The notes under the pieces are model-generated. The model saw only the letters and a program-made list of their open reading frames with translations. It ran no database searches and was not told the DNA's origin. Shown here one piece after another: positions 17,942-27,658 of a DNA stretch of 36,716 nt. The position numbers were made by a program, and so were the translations under genes. Where the stretch lies: positions 1 through 36,716 of the forward strand of contig JAYZEG010000048.1 of assembly GCA_036337435.1 (NCBI GenBank), in the 5' to 3' direction. Source of the DNA: Myxococcota bacterium. GTDB lineage: Bacteria; Myxococcota_A; Bradymonadia; UBA7976; UBA1532. How positions within the stretch are numbered: position 1 is the stretch's first letter; the number at the start of each line of letters is the position of its first letter.

Positions 17942-18451
17942 TTAAACCCGGCCGAATTCTTGAGCTATTTTATCTAGAATCCCATTCACAAATTTACCAG
18001 ATTCTTCCGTCCCAAACCGCTTGGCAATCTCGATGGCTTCATTGAGCGTTGCTCGACTTGGAACGTCCGATTCGAAAGCCAATTCGTAAGCAGCCAGCCT
18101 GAGCACATTGCGATCGACTCGGCTCATTCGTGATACTTTCCAATTCAATGAAAACCGCTCAATCAACTCGTCAATCGCCTTACTATGCGCTTCAACACCC
18201 TTGACCATTCTCTCAACAAACTGCCAATGACTGCCGTCGGGCTGCAATGTTTTAATCGCTCGCTCAATCAGCTGCGATGGTGCAGGATCATAGTCCGAAT
18301 GGCCCAACAACTCGGTTAAAATCTCGCGATCAGCCTTGAACACAGACAGGAATCGATCCAACGACGTTCGGTAATCGGACGTTTGCCCCACAGCGACAGC
18401 AAAAAGAACTAAGAGGGCCGTTTCACGGGCCGTTCGACGACCGGAAATCAC
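17942..18451 (-). CDS. nusB: Transcription antitermination factor NusB
   Basis: RRTARE.AL..LF, ID.LI...S.NW...[40 protein letters not shown] overlap with ribH. Confidence 0.95.
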   Translation of the reverse strand: MISGRRTARETALLVLFAVAVGQTSDYRTSLDRFLSVFKADREILTELLGHSDYDPAPSQLIERAIKTLQPDGSHWQFVERMVKGVEAHSKAIDELIERFSLNWKVSRMSRVDRNVLRLAAYELAFESDVPSRATLNEAIEIAKRFGTEESGKFVNGILDKIAQEFGRV

Positions 18452-18936
18452 GACTCTGGTTCTCCGTGAACAGCTCTAAGCAGGTTGACCATCTCGAGGG
18501 CGGCAAGGGCTGCTTCTGCGCCCTTATTGCCCGCTTTAGTGCCCGCGCGCTCAATGGCTTGCTCGATGGTGTCGCATGTCAGAACGCCGTTCGCGATGGG
18601 CATATTTGACGCCAAAGCAATCTTTGCAAGGCCATTGGATGCTTCACCTGCCACGTAGTCGAAGTGAGGTGTGGAACCTCGAATGACAGCACCCAAGGCA
18701 ATGATTGCATCTACTTGGCCCATCTCGGCGATCCGCTGGGCTGCGAGCGGCATTTCAATCCCGCCAGGAACCTTGTAGACGGTGATGTCATCCACAGCGC
18801 AGCCATGCCTGACCAGTGCATCTACAGCCCCGTTGACTAAGTGGTCGACGATGAAGTGATTAAAGCGCGCCACAACAAAAGCATACTTGTGTCCGCTCGC
18901 GTCCATGTGGCCTTCAACAATTTTATAACTACTCAC
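18448..18936 (-). CDS. ribH: 6,7-dimethyl-8-ribityllumazine synthase
   Basis: [50 protein letters not shown]. Confidence 0.97.
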   Translation of the reverse strand: MSSYKIVEGHMDASGHKYAFVVARFNHFIVDHLVNGAVDALVRHGCAVDDITVYKVPGGIEMPLAAQRIAEMGQVDAIIALGAVIRGSTPHFDYVAGEASNGLAKIALASNMPIANGVLTCDTIEQAIERAGTKAGNKGAEAALAALEMVNLLRAVHGEPES

Positions 18937-20105
18937 GATAACACCTCATGATCCGAATCTGATGCTAGCTCGTCTGGGGAAATTCGTTCTACAACTTCAA
19001 GACCATATCCTTGGATCCCCTTGATTCGAGTAGGCGAGCTTGAAATCAGCTTGAGCTTACGAATCCCCTGATCTAACAGAATTTGTGCACCGATGCCGTA
19101 CTCTCTGAGGTCTTGTGGCAACCCGATAGCCCCTTTTTCAATGGCAGCGCGTCTCGGAGATTCTCCAGCCAACATTCGCACTTCATTCTCAACCCGCGGG
19201 GCTGGCTTTTGGAGATAGACGAGAACGCCGCAACCGGCCTTTTCAATCCGCCTGAGTGATTTCATCAATCGCTCATGACTATTACTCTCACCGCATTGGA
19301 AAACATCCGATAGGACGGCTTCCTGCTGGACTCGACCCAACACAGGTTGGTCAGGGGTTGGCTGTCCTTTGACAAAAGCGACATGCTCCAGTTCATCGAC
19401 AACAGTGACGTAGGTGACAATCTTGAATTGTCCGATATCACCCACTTGGGTTTCGACCTCGGCCGTCGCTCGAACGAGACGCTCTTTACGTAGGCGATAC
19501 TGAATCAAATCTGCAACCGACACAATGGTCAGACCATGCTCCTCAGCAAAGACTTCCAATTGGGGCCGTCGTGCCATCGTACCGTCAGGATTCATGATCT
19601 CACAGATCACGCCCGCAGGCTCTAGACCGGCTAACCTGGCGAGATCAACAGACCCTTCTGTTTGACCGGTCCGTACCAAGACGCCACCCGCCCGAGCCCG
19701 CAATGGAAAGATGTGTCCAGGTCGCGATAGATCGGTTGGCTTCGCATTAGGGGCAACGGCGACTCGAATCGTCCGTGCTCGATCGGCTGCGCTGATGCCG
19801 GTCGTCACGCCTGTTGCGGCCTCGATGCTGACCGTGAATGCAGTTCCAAAACCACTGCTGTTGTCGCGAACCATCATGGGCAACTCGAGTTGGTCACAGC
19901 GTCTTGGTGTGAGTGAAAGACAAATCAATCCGCGACCGTGGACAGCCATGAAATTAATCGCTTCGGGTGTCGCGAGTTCTGCAGCCATGACCAGGTCGCC
20001 CTCATTTTCCCGATCTTCGTCGTCGACTAAAATAACCAGACGGCCATTTTGGATATCGTCAATGGCCTTTTCAACGAGTTCAATGGTTTGCTGGTCACCG
20101 CTCAT
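18933..20105 (-). CDS. ribB: DHBP synthase with degenerate GTP cyclohydrolase II domain (RibBX-like)
   Basis: Intact RibB motifs [34 protein letters not shown]. The RibA-like half reads [12 protein letters not shown] instead of RxHSECxTGD..xxxRCDC. Start ATG 20105 (or TTG 20123). Confidence 0.9.
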   Translation of the reverse strand: MSGDQQTIELVEKAIDDIQNGRLVILVDDEDRENEGDLVMAAELATPEAINFMAVHGRGLICLSLTPRRCDQLELPMMVRDNSSGFGTAFTVSIEAATGVTTGISAADRARTIRVAVAPNAKPTDLSRPGHIFPLRARAGGVLVRTGQTEGSVDLARLAGLEPAGVICEIMNPDGTMARRPQLEVFAEEHGLTIVSVADLIQYRLRKERLVRATAEVETQVGDIGQFKIVTYVTVVDELEHVAFVKGQPTPDQPVLGRVQQEAVLSDVFQCGESNSHERLMKSLRRIEKAGCGVLVYLQKPAPRVENEVRMLAGESPRRAAIEKGAIGLPQDLREYGIGAQILLDQGIRKLKLISSSPTRIKGIQGYGLEVVERISPDELASDSDHEVLS

Positions 20106-20291
20106 ATTCTCTACATAACCCAATCAGTCCGCTTGAGGACACATTTCCAAACCTGGGTTTACCCAAGCACCGATCGGTTACCACTCATAGATTGGGAATA
20201 CCGATCCGGCTTATGCTTCTAACCTATCTCGTGTTGTTTCGCCTAGCATTATCGAGGTCAAAGATTCCAAAATTCTCTTGGATTAAAAAAT

Positions 20292-21407
20292 TTATCCCGG
20301 TTCATGCCAATGGATGCTGTCCGCATACCGGATCGCCCCCCTGTACCTGATGTCACGCCCGACGCTGTCCACAGACACCGTCTCAATTTCAACCGAATCT
20401 GCGATCGTCTCGGGGGCTTCAATGGGAAAAGCAGCGCGCCCCTGTCCCAAAATTTTAGGTGCTACATACAAACAAAGTTCGTCAGCAAATCGGGCGTCCA
20501 AAAAACTTTTATGGATTTGCCCGCCCCCTTCGACCAGTAGTTTGACAATCCCGCGAGCGGCTAAGGCGTTCAGCGTCGCATCAAGATCGACACGACCATC
20601 GCCTGCCCGCGGCAAACTGATCACCTCGGCTCCCGTGGCCTTAATTGGCTCCAATACAGCACTCGGCAGGTCATCGGCCACGCACACGAGCGCGCCGGGC
20701 CCGAGACAATCTAATTCGGGGGAGACCGAGGCATTGGAGTCCATCAGAATCCGTACGGGATCGTCACCCTCTGCCAAGCGTACAGTTAACTTGGGATTGT
20801 CGAGACGAGCGGTTTCAATGCCCACCAAAACTCCGTCGACCTCGGCCCTGAGTCGGTGAGCGTCGATACGAGCCTCTTCACCGGTGATCCACTTTGATTC
20901 CCCAGATAACGTTGCAATTTGTCCATCAAGGGTCGTTGCAGCTTTGAGGATGACCCACGGTTGCCGGGTCCGAATGAACTTCTCAAATGGGGCGTGATGC
21001 CACTGACATTCGGCGGGCAAAACGCCTCGATGGACCGTGATGCCTGCCTCTTCTAATAAGACCAGTCCTTTGCCATCCACAAGGGGATTTGGATCGATTA
21101 CCCCGACGAACACATGAGCGATTCCAGCCTTAATGATCGCCTCCGTACATGGCCCTGTCCGCCCCTGATGACAGCATGGCTCCATCGTGACGTACATGCG
21201 TGCTCCGCGCGCCGCTAAACCAGCCTCATTCAGCGCCATAACTTCGGCATGTGCATGGCCGTGAGGTTGGGTCACACCTTCCCCAATGATAATGCCATCA
21301 GCCACGATGACACACCCCACGGTTGGGTTCGGGCTTGTTCTGTGTTTGGCGGTTTTCGCCAGCTCGATCGCCCGCCCCATGAAATGTTCATCGGACTCGC
21401 GACTCAT
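20292..21407 (-). CDS. ribD: Bifunctional riboflavin deaminase/reductase RibD
   Basis: SPNPTVGCV, HAE, EPCCHQGRTGPC, KAATTLDG, SKWITG, LVEGG. Confidence 0.96.
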   Translation of the reverse strand: MSRESDEHFMGRAIELAKTAKHRTSPNPTVGCVIVADGIIIGEGVTQPHGHAHAEVMALNEAGLAARGARMYVTMEPCCHQGRTGPCTEAIIKAGIAHVFVGVIDPNPLVDGKGLVLLEEAGITVHRGVLPAECQWHHAPFEKFIRTRQPWVILKAATTLDGQIATLSGESKWITGEEARIDAHRLRAEVDGVLVGIETARLDNPKLTVRLAEGDDPVRILMDSNASVSPELDCLGPGALVCVADDLPSAVLEPIKATGAEVISLPRAGDGRVDLDATLNALAARGIVKLLVEGGGQIHKSFLDARFADELCLYVAPKILGQGRAAFPIEAPETIADSVEIETVSVDSVGRDIRYRGAIRYADSIHWHEPG

Positions 21408-21889
21408 TCGGTCTCCTGAGCACTCGGGTGACCGAACTTCTCGGAGGCTTGTAAGTGTTCCAGCTCAAGAACGAATTGGTTCACGTCGGAAAACTCTCGA
21501 TAAACCGATGCAAAACGGACATATGCCACCTCATCCACGGTTCTTAGACAACCCAAGACATACTTACCAATGTCCGACGATGGTACTTCACGTTCAGCAG
21601 CACCGGCAAAGTGGCGTTCGACTTGACTGATGAGAGATTCGAGCTGATTGGAACGGATAGGCCGTTTTCTACACGCGATCTGAAGTCCACGCATGAGCTT
21701 TTCGCGATCAAAATTCTCACGCGCTCCGTCACGTTTTACGATCACTGGGAGGAGCCGTTCGACCCGCTCGTAAGTCGTGAATCGTCTATCGCAAGCATTG
21801 CAACATCGACGCCGACGCACTGCGTGCTGGTCTCGAACTGAACGAGAATCCAAAACACGAGTATCTTCTGAACGGCAGAAAGGACACAC
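21404..21889 (-). CDS. nrdR: Transcriptional repressor NrdR
   Basis: CPFC...RVLDSR, RRRRCC.AC.RRFTTYE, ATP cone, DEVAYVRFASVYREF. Confidence 0.97.
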   Translation of the reverse strand: MCPFCRSEDTRVLDSRSVRDQHAVRRRRCCNACDRRFTTYERVERLLPVIVKRDGARENFDREKLMRGLQIACRKRPIRSNQLESLISQVERHFAGAAEREVPSSDIGKYVLGCLRTVDEVAYVRFASVYREFSDVNQFVLELEHLQASEKFGHPSAQETE

Positions 21890-21894
21890 TGTAT

Positions 21895-22341
21895 CTATCG
21901 CTCCACTGCGTTAATCTTGGCGATTCGGTCAGCATGCCGACCACCAGCAAAACGGGTTGTAAGAAACGCATCGACAGCATCCATTGCCACCAGGTCTCCA
22001 ATCAACCGACTGCCTAGACACAATACATTAGCGTTGTTGTGTTCGCGAGATAGCTTAGCCGCAAGTGCGTTTTGGACGAGAGCTGCTCGAATACCACCAA
22101 ATCGATTGGCGACGATTGAGACACCAATTCCGCTGCCACAAACGAGCACGCCACGGTCTGCCTCTCCTGCTTCGATAGCACGTGCACATGCCGCCGCATA
22201 ATCGGGGTAGTCACAACGCGCGTCTGAACGAGGCCCTAAATCAACGACAGCAACATCGTCTCGCTGTTCGAGAAAGTGAATTAATTTTTCCTTTAGTCCA
22301 AAGCCTGCATGATCTGACGCAATCGCGAGTCTAATGGTCAT
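21895..22341 (-). CDS. rpiB: Ribose 5-phosphate isomerase B
   Basis: [39 protein letters not shown]. Confidence 0.96.
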   Translation of the reverse strand: MTIRLAIASDHAGFGLKEKLIHFLEQRDDVAVVDLGPRSDARCDYPDYAAACARAIEAGEADRGVLVCGSGIGVSIVANRFGGIRAALVQNALAAKLSREHNNANVLCLGSRLIGDLVAMDAVDAFLTTRFAGGRHADRIAKINAVER

Positions 22342-23603
22342 GTCGCCTCCGGCTGATATTCTTGAAAGATAAGAGATACATTAGTACCACCAAAGCCAAA
22401 ACTATTGGACAACGTATTCCTAATTCGAGCAGGCCTCGGGGTATGAGCGACGTAGTCGAGACGACATTTCGGGTCTTGGTCCACCAGATTGATGGTCGGC
22501 GGTGCAATTTGATCCCGTATGCTCAACATACAGAAGGCTGCTTCCACAGCCCCTGCGGCACCCAACATATGACCAGTCATTGATTTGGTGCTGCTGACCA
22601 AAAGATTCTGAGCATGAGACCCAAAAACCTGCTCTATAGCCGTCGATTCGGCAATGTCTCCCGCTGACGTTGACGTCCCGTGAGCATTAACGTAGTCGAT
22701 GTCTTGAACCGTCAGACGTGCATCAACCAACGCATTTTCCATGCAACGCACAGCCCCCCGTCCCTCTGGATGTGGCAACGTCATATGAAACGCGTCTGAG
22801 GACTGGCCATAGCCGACAATCTCGGCATAAATGCGTGCTCCACGAGCAAGTGCGTGGTCAAGGGATTCCAAGACCATGACGCCTGCGCCTTCAGCCGCCA
22901 CGAAGCCATCCCTCGCCACGTCAAAAGGTCGAGATGCTAACTGGGGTTCATGATTTCGTTTAGACAAGGCTTTCATGGCGGCAAAACCAGCAACTCCAAG
23001 CGGGGTAATGGTTGCTTCAGCGCCCCCGGAGAGGGCCACGTCAACCAGTCCATCACGGAGCATCCGCACGGCTTCACCAAGACCATGGGCACCCGTCGCG
23101 CACGCACTCACTGGACTCCAGTTAGGCCCTTGCGCGCCGATCATGATAGAGACTTGTCCTGGCGCAAGATTGGAAATCAGCCGTGGCAACATAAACGGGC
23201 TCAAACGCCGGGGTCCCTTGGTATTTAGAATTTCGATGGCATCTTCTATGGTTTTGAGCCCACCTAAGCCAACACCGATGAGGACGCCTGTTCGATGCGG
23301 GTTGGGCACAGGGACAGGCAGGTCGGCGTCTTCGAGCGCCATCATTGCCGCCCCAATTGAAAAATGAATGAATCGGTCCATCTTTCGTTGATTTTTTCGA
23401 TCTAGCCACCGGCTGACGTCAAAGCCGCGGACTTCGCCTGCGATGGTGACCGGATGCTCTGTCGTATCGAATTGAGTGATGGGACCAATGCCTGAACGGC
23501 CATCGAGAATGCCCTGCCACGTTGTAGCCGTGTCATTACCAAGGGGCGTTACAAGACCGATCCCGGTGACCACTACCCTGCGCTGGTCATTGTTCATGGT
23601 CAC
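22338..23603 (-). CDS. fabF: Beta-ketoacyl-ACP synthase II
   Basis: RRVVVTGIG, Cys-His-His triad motifs SACATG, NAHGTST and [19 protein letters not shown]. Start GTG 23603 or ATG 23597. Confidence 0.96.
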   Translation of the reverse strand: MTMNNDQRRVVVTGIGLVTPLGNDTATTWQGILDGRSGIGPITQFDTTEHPVTIAGEVRGFDVSRWLDRKNQRKMDRFIHFSIGAAMMALEDADLPVPVPNPHRTGVLIGVGLGGLKTIEDAIEILNTKGPRRLSPFMLPRLISNLAPGQVSIMIGAQGPNWSPVSACATGAHGLGEAVRMLRDGLVDVALSGGAEATITPLGVAGFAAMKALSKRNHEPQLASRPFDVARDGFVAAEGAGVMVLESLDHALARGARIYAEIVGYGQSSDAFHMTLPHPEGRGAVRCMENALVDARLTVQDIDYVNAHGTSTSAGDIAESTAIEQVFGSHAQNLLVSSTKSMTGHMLGAAGAVEAAFCMLSIRDQIAPPTINLVDQDPKCRLDYVAHTPRPARIRNTLSNSFGFGGTNVSLIFQEYQPEAT

Positions 23604-23648
23604 GTCACCTTCTCATTTGCGTCATCGACTAACAGAGAGCCGAAGGGC

Positions 23649-23894
23649 TTAATCGCTGCTCGATAAGTGCTGCTGGATATAGTTGATCGCATCCTGCACT
23701 AATCTAATATTCTCTGCCTCATCGTCAGGAATTTCTACATCAAACTCGTCTTCCATCCGCATCACGAGTTCAACGAGGTCAAGAGAGTCAGCTCCAAGGT
23801 CCTCGATGAAGTTTGCCTCAGGCACGATTTCTGATTCATCCTGATCGAGTTGCTCAGCGATAATCGCTCGCACGCGGTCTTCGATGCTCGCCAT
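23649..23894 (-). CDS. acpP: Acyl carrier protein
   Basis: [14 protein letters not shown] phosphopantetheine site; acidic 81-aa protein. Confidence 0.97.
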   Translation of the reverse strand: MASIEDRVRAIIAEQLDQDESEIVPEANFIEDLGADSLDLVELVMRMEDEFDVEIPDDEAENIRLVQDAINYIQQHLSSSD

Positions 23895-24056
23895 AGATCA
23901 CCTTCCCAATTTAAGTGCCTGCTCCCAGATTCAATCCATACACGATTCGGATTAGACAAAAGAACAGACTGGACGGCGTTTGACTACCTAATTTAGGTCC
24001 CGAATGTCAAGCGATGTACGTCCTGTTGACCATTAATCTAACCTCTTTTTTCGAGC

Positions 24057-25139
24057 TCATTCGTCGAACAGTTCATCAGTAGATGACAGAGGGAGTTCGG
24101 AGGTGCTGATTTCAGCACTCGGTGCGTTCATTTCCAAAGTTGTCTCAATGGCATCTGTCAGACCTTGGCTTGATGCTCTACGTGCATTGATTATGGCATT
24201 TGAAATTGCCTTCGCGGAACTTTGCCCATGGCCCACCAACGCGACGCCATTTAATCCCAAAATCGGGGCTGCGCCGATGCTCTCCCAATCGAGTTCATCG
24301 TACAGAGCCTGCAGTGGCCTCCGAAAGACTGGTGCTAATGCCATCGCAAGCGGTCGGCTCTGAATGGCCGTTTTGACCCGTCCGAAGAGTGTTTTTACTA
24401 AACCCTCGCACAGTTTCAGCACAATGTTGCCCGTCAGTCCATCGGTCACCACAACGTCTGCGCAGCCACTCGACAAATCTCGACCCTCAACAAACCCAAT
24501 GTAATTAATCGGAGTCTGGGTCAATAAGCGATGGGCCTCTCTGAGCGAATCCGTACCCTTCGTTGGCTCTGTGCCATTGGATAAAAGAGCAACGCTGGGT
24601 GTCTGGGTCCCATACTGCACCTCCGAATAAGCGGCTCCCATCAAAGCGAATTGAGCAAGATGTGTTGCCCGCACATCGACGTTGGCACCGATGTCGAGTA
24701 AAATCGTTGGTTTTGGCTGGGTGGGTAGGCTGGTGACTAGGCAGGGTCTCTCACATTTCTTCAAGCGCCGTACTGTAAGTAAACCCACGGCAAGGAAAGC
24801 ACCAGAGTTTCCAGCTGTAACAGCCGCGCAAGCCTCGCCATTTTCGACAAGGCGAAAGCAGCCATGCATCGAACTGTCGCGCTTTCGACGAGCGGCGCGC
24901 GACGGGTTCTCACCCATCGCAATCTGCTCACTGGCGTGTTGGAGCGTAATTGGGAGGTCTGCGCCACCGAGGCGTTCAAGCTCGGACGCAAGCAGTGTCT
25001 GGTCACCAACCAACACGATGGGTCCGGCACCGGACTGACAAGCCGCTATGGCACCTTCGATCACCACACGAGGGGCTCGATCACCACCCATGGCATCGAC
25101 CGCAACGGGGAGATGCTCTTGTGGCCGATCTTGCGTCAT
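24057..25139 (-). CDS. plsX: Phosphate acyltransferase PlsX
   Basis: AVDAMGGDRAP, AGNSGA, LDIGANVD, NGTE..KG, DG.TGNIVLK..EG, GHGQSS. Confidence 0.95.
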   Translation of the reverse strand: MTQDRPQEHLPVAVDAMGGDRAPRVVIEGAIAACQSGAGPIVLVGDQTLLASELERLGGADLPITLQHASEQIAMGENPSRAARRKRDSSMHGCFRLVENGEACAAVTAGNSGAFLAVGLLTVRRLKKCERPCLVTSLPTQPKPTILLDIGANVDVRATHLAQFALMGAAYSEVQYGTQTPSVALLSNGTEPTKGTDSLREAHRLLTQTPINYIGFVEGRDLSSGCADVVVTDGLTGNIVLKLCEGLVKTLFGRVKTAIQSRPLAMALAPVFRRPLQALYDELDWESIGAAPILGLNGVALVGHGQSSAKAISNAIINARRASSQGLTDAIETTLEMNAPSAEISTSELPLSSTDELFDE

Positions 25140-25169
25140 ACGGAGTCCAGGTTTCTCGAGAGGCCTGAG

Positions 25170-25358
25170 TTAGGCTTCGACCTCAACGACCTCGAGAGCA
25201 TAACGGTCTTTATACCAACCACATGCTGGACAAATACGATGCGGCTCTTTTGGAGACCCGCATTGAGGACAAACGTTATAAGCCTTTGCGCTAATTTTAT
25301 GGTTCGCACGCCGAGAATCACGCTTCGAACGAGATTTGCGTCTCTTTGGTACCGCCAT
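25170..25358 (-). CDS. rpmF: 50S ribosomal protein L32 (Zn-ribbon type)
   Basis: MAVPKRRKSRSKRDSRR, CPQCG...PHRICPACGWY. Confidence 0.97.
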   Translation of the reverse strand: MAVPKRRKSRSKRDSRRANHKISAKAYNVCPQCGSPKEPHRICPACGWYKDRYALEVVEVEA

Positions 25359-25393
25359 GATTACCTCTCTTAAAGTGGGCGACTATAGCCCCG

Positions 25394-25948
25394 TCAATTC
25401 AATTTTTTCTTCAACTCTAATAACGGTGCCCAACGAGGATCCATCGGCTTCTCAAGAGCCTTTTCCGTCTCCTCATCGAACTCACAATCACCAGACCCAC
25501 CCAGTTCACAGCTGGGATTCATCGGTAATTCCAAAACCAGGTCCTGACGAAACATCTCCGTCAGGTCGATCTCATCGTCCTGGTATGTTTCAAAGTCAAC
25601 CTCTGCGTCATCGCTGGTGACAACGAGTTCAGCATCGGCGTCTCGCTCTCGGCGCCTCTTGACCAGAACATGCTGATGGCTCGATGTAAGAGCCACTGTT
25701 CTAGGTGCCAAGCACCGAGTACATTCAAAGTTCACCGTGACCGCCATTTCGCCGGCCACGACAACCTCCCCACCGGCAGACAAATAAACCTGCCCGCCAA
25801 TGGTCGCCGCGCTCTGCGGACGGTAACCGAGGTCACCGACCAAGCCGGGGAGGCACGTCTGCAACAGAGCGAGAGGCAGCTCACCGGCGAATTCCCTTGG
25901 CGATGAGCTCAGGTCGTCGACCCTAAACTTTAGGTCTAGTGCTTTCAT
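25394..25948 (-). CDS. yceD: YceD/DUF177 family protein
   Basis: ECTRCL, IDL.EM.R..L.LELPM.P.C, DPRWAPL..LK; directly upstream of rpmF. Confidence 0.92.
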   Translation of the reverse strand: MKALDLKFRVDDLSSSPREFAGELPLALLQTCLPGLVGDLGYRPQSAATIGGQVYLSAGGEVVVAGEMAVTVNFECTRCLAPRTVALTSSHQHVLVKRRRERDADAELVVTSDDAEVDFETYQDDEIDLTEMFRQDLVLELPMNPSCELGGSGDCEFDEETEKALEKPMDPRWAPLLELKKKLN

Positions 25949-26010
25949 AAGCCGGCCTACTCACATCGTCATTCGGGCATACCTCGAGGGCATGAACTCG
26001 CGGAGGCGGC

Positions 26011-26039
26011 ACAGTAGTGGCGAGTCGCCCAATTGTCAA
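26011..26039 (-). promoter_or_regulatory. Sigma70-type promoter for yceD-rpmF-plsX
   Basis: Minus strand TTGACA (26039-26034), 17 nt spacer, TACTGT (26016-26011). Confidence 0.65.
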
Positions 26040-26097
26040 TCTGTTTGAATGTATTTGATCAAAGTCGCCTAGAAATTACGTTCTTTTTTTCGATCGG

Positions 26098-26853
26098 CTA
26101 AGCTTCGTTGACCATTTTTTCCAAAGAGGCCGATCCATCTTGCTCGATGGGATTCATCAAGGCCCAAGTGATACCGACGACCAAATAGAGAAGTCCAAGA
26201 CCCAGCAAGTAATGAGGCCATAACTTAAACGGAGTTGTTGCATAGACGATGCCGATATTAATGATTTGAAACCACTGGACGAACCAGTTATTCCGCGCCT
26301 TGAGCTTGGGCAGACGGACATTGGAAACCATCGCTAAGGCCAGTATAAACTGAAGAATGACCGCATAAGAGATCAACTGAGCCTCAAGGTTAAACAATCC
26401 AAGCGTGAGGTACGCCGACGCAATAATCGCACCCGTCATCGTGGTTGGAATGCCAAAAAAGAACCGCTCTCCACCGACCGGTTCTGCGATATTGAAGCGA
26501 GCTAAGCGACCTGCTGTTGCGAGCACATACCCAGCCGTGACAATCACCAGTAGAGTGTGGCCCGCTCCAGACGAATAATCCGGCAGGAGGCTGAGGCGGC
26601 TGTAGACCAAGGCTGACGGCGCTATCCCGAACACGACGAAGTCGGCGAAAGAATCGAATTGAACACCAAAATCCGATGACGCGTTGAGCAAGCGTGCCGA
26701 CGCGCCATCGAGCTTATCCAATAAAACGCCCCAAAGAATCAGCCAGGATGCAAATTCAAAATCACCTCGGGTCGAAGCGGCAACGGAGGCCAAACCGAAG
26801 ACGAGAGAGAGTGCGGTAAAGCTGTTGGGGACAATATATTTGATCGCTTTCAT
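26098..26853 (-). CDS. pssA: CDP-alcohol phosphatidyltransferase (PssA-like phosphatidylserine synthase)
   Basis: VPNSFT, D.LDG..AR......FG.QFDS.AD.V.FG.AP, RLARFN, FFGIP; multiple TM helices. Confidence 0.8.
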   Translation of the reverse strand: MKAIKYIVPNSFTALSLVFGLASVAASTRGDFEFASWLILWGVLLDKLDGASARLLNASSDFGVQFDSFADFVVFGIAPSALVYSRLSLLPDYSSGAGHTLLVIVTAGYVLATAGRLARFNIAEPVGGERFFFGIPTTMTGAIIASAYLTLGLFNLEAQLISYAVILQFILALAMVSNVRLPKLKARNNWFVQWFQIINIGIVYATTPFKLWPHYLLGLGLLYLVVGITWALMNPIEQDGSASLEKMVNEA

Positions 26854-26930
26854 AGGGCTTCTTTATCGAGGTCGCACATCGGTGGCAAGGCAAGAAATGC
26901 ATTCAACCGAAATATCTTGAGTGGGGCGGT

Positions 26931-27641
26931 TTATTCGTCTGCTCTAAATACGGCTCTCCGATTGCGCTGATGCGCAGCCTCGTCCGTCCCGTAATCAGCA
27001 GGGCGTTCTTCGCCGTAACTCACCAGACTGATGCGATTTTTGTCGACCCCTCTCCGAAGTAAGTACTTGCGCGCTTCTTTAGCTCGTTTTTCGCCGAGTG
27101 CAAGGTTATATTCGGTGCTGCCTCGCTCGTCGCAATGACCCTCCACAGTCACCGAGACAGTCTCATTTTTGAGCAACCAGTCTGCATTGGCATCCAGGGT
27201 TTCCTTGGCCTCATCAGACAAAGTTGGTTGGTTGTATTCGAAATAAATGACTTGCATGCCTTCTGACATGCCGTCAACCGCATCAAGACCTGGTCCTGAC
27301 TGGTCTACAAACTCGGCTGCATCGATGCCATCTGGAGTCTTAGGATTCAAGCATTCATCTTTTCGCGCTTGTGCCTTTGCAATTGCCTTTTTAGCCAATT
27401 TTTCGGCGGCGATGGCTGTCGCCTTCGCACGAGCATGCTCTCCTTCTTCAGCAAGGGCTTTTGCTTTGTCCAAAAGTTTTTGAGCGGCCAGATATTCATC
27501 GGGCGCGCATGTTTTGGCCAAAGACGCATCCTCCATAGCCTTCTCGGCAGCCGACAGTGCTTCAACAGGCCGCCCACCACACGCCGCCAAGGTCAGCGAC
27601 AGCCCGACAACCAATATCCATCTAACTTGAGTAATCAGCAT
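26931..27641 (-). CDS. pal: Peptidoglycan-associated lipoprotein with N-terminal helical extension
   Basis: Lipobox LAAC. OmpA-like domain IYFEY, VEGHCDERGSTEYNLALGEKRA, SYGEERP, NRRA. Follows tolB. Confidence 0.9.
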   Translation of the reverse strand: MLITQVRWILVVGLSLTLAACGGRPVEALSAAEKAMEDASLAKTCAPDEYLAAQKLLDKAKALAEEGEHARAKATAIAAEKLAKKAIAKAQARKDECLNPKTPDGIDAAEFVDQSGPGLDAVDGMSEGMQVIYFEYNQPTLSDEAKETLDANADWLLKNETVSVTVEGHCDERGSTEYNLALGEKRAKEARKYLLRRGVDKNRISLVSYGEERPADYGTDEAAHQRNRRAVFRADE

Positions 27642-27658
27642 AACGACTCCTGTTTAAT

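Noticed and set aside
20124..20291. FMN riboswitch
   Set aside because: Conserved RFN core sequences were not found on the minus strand.
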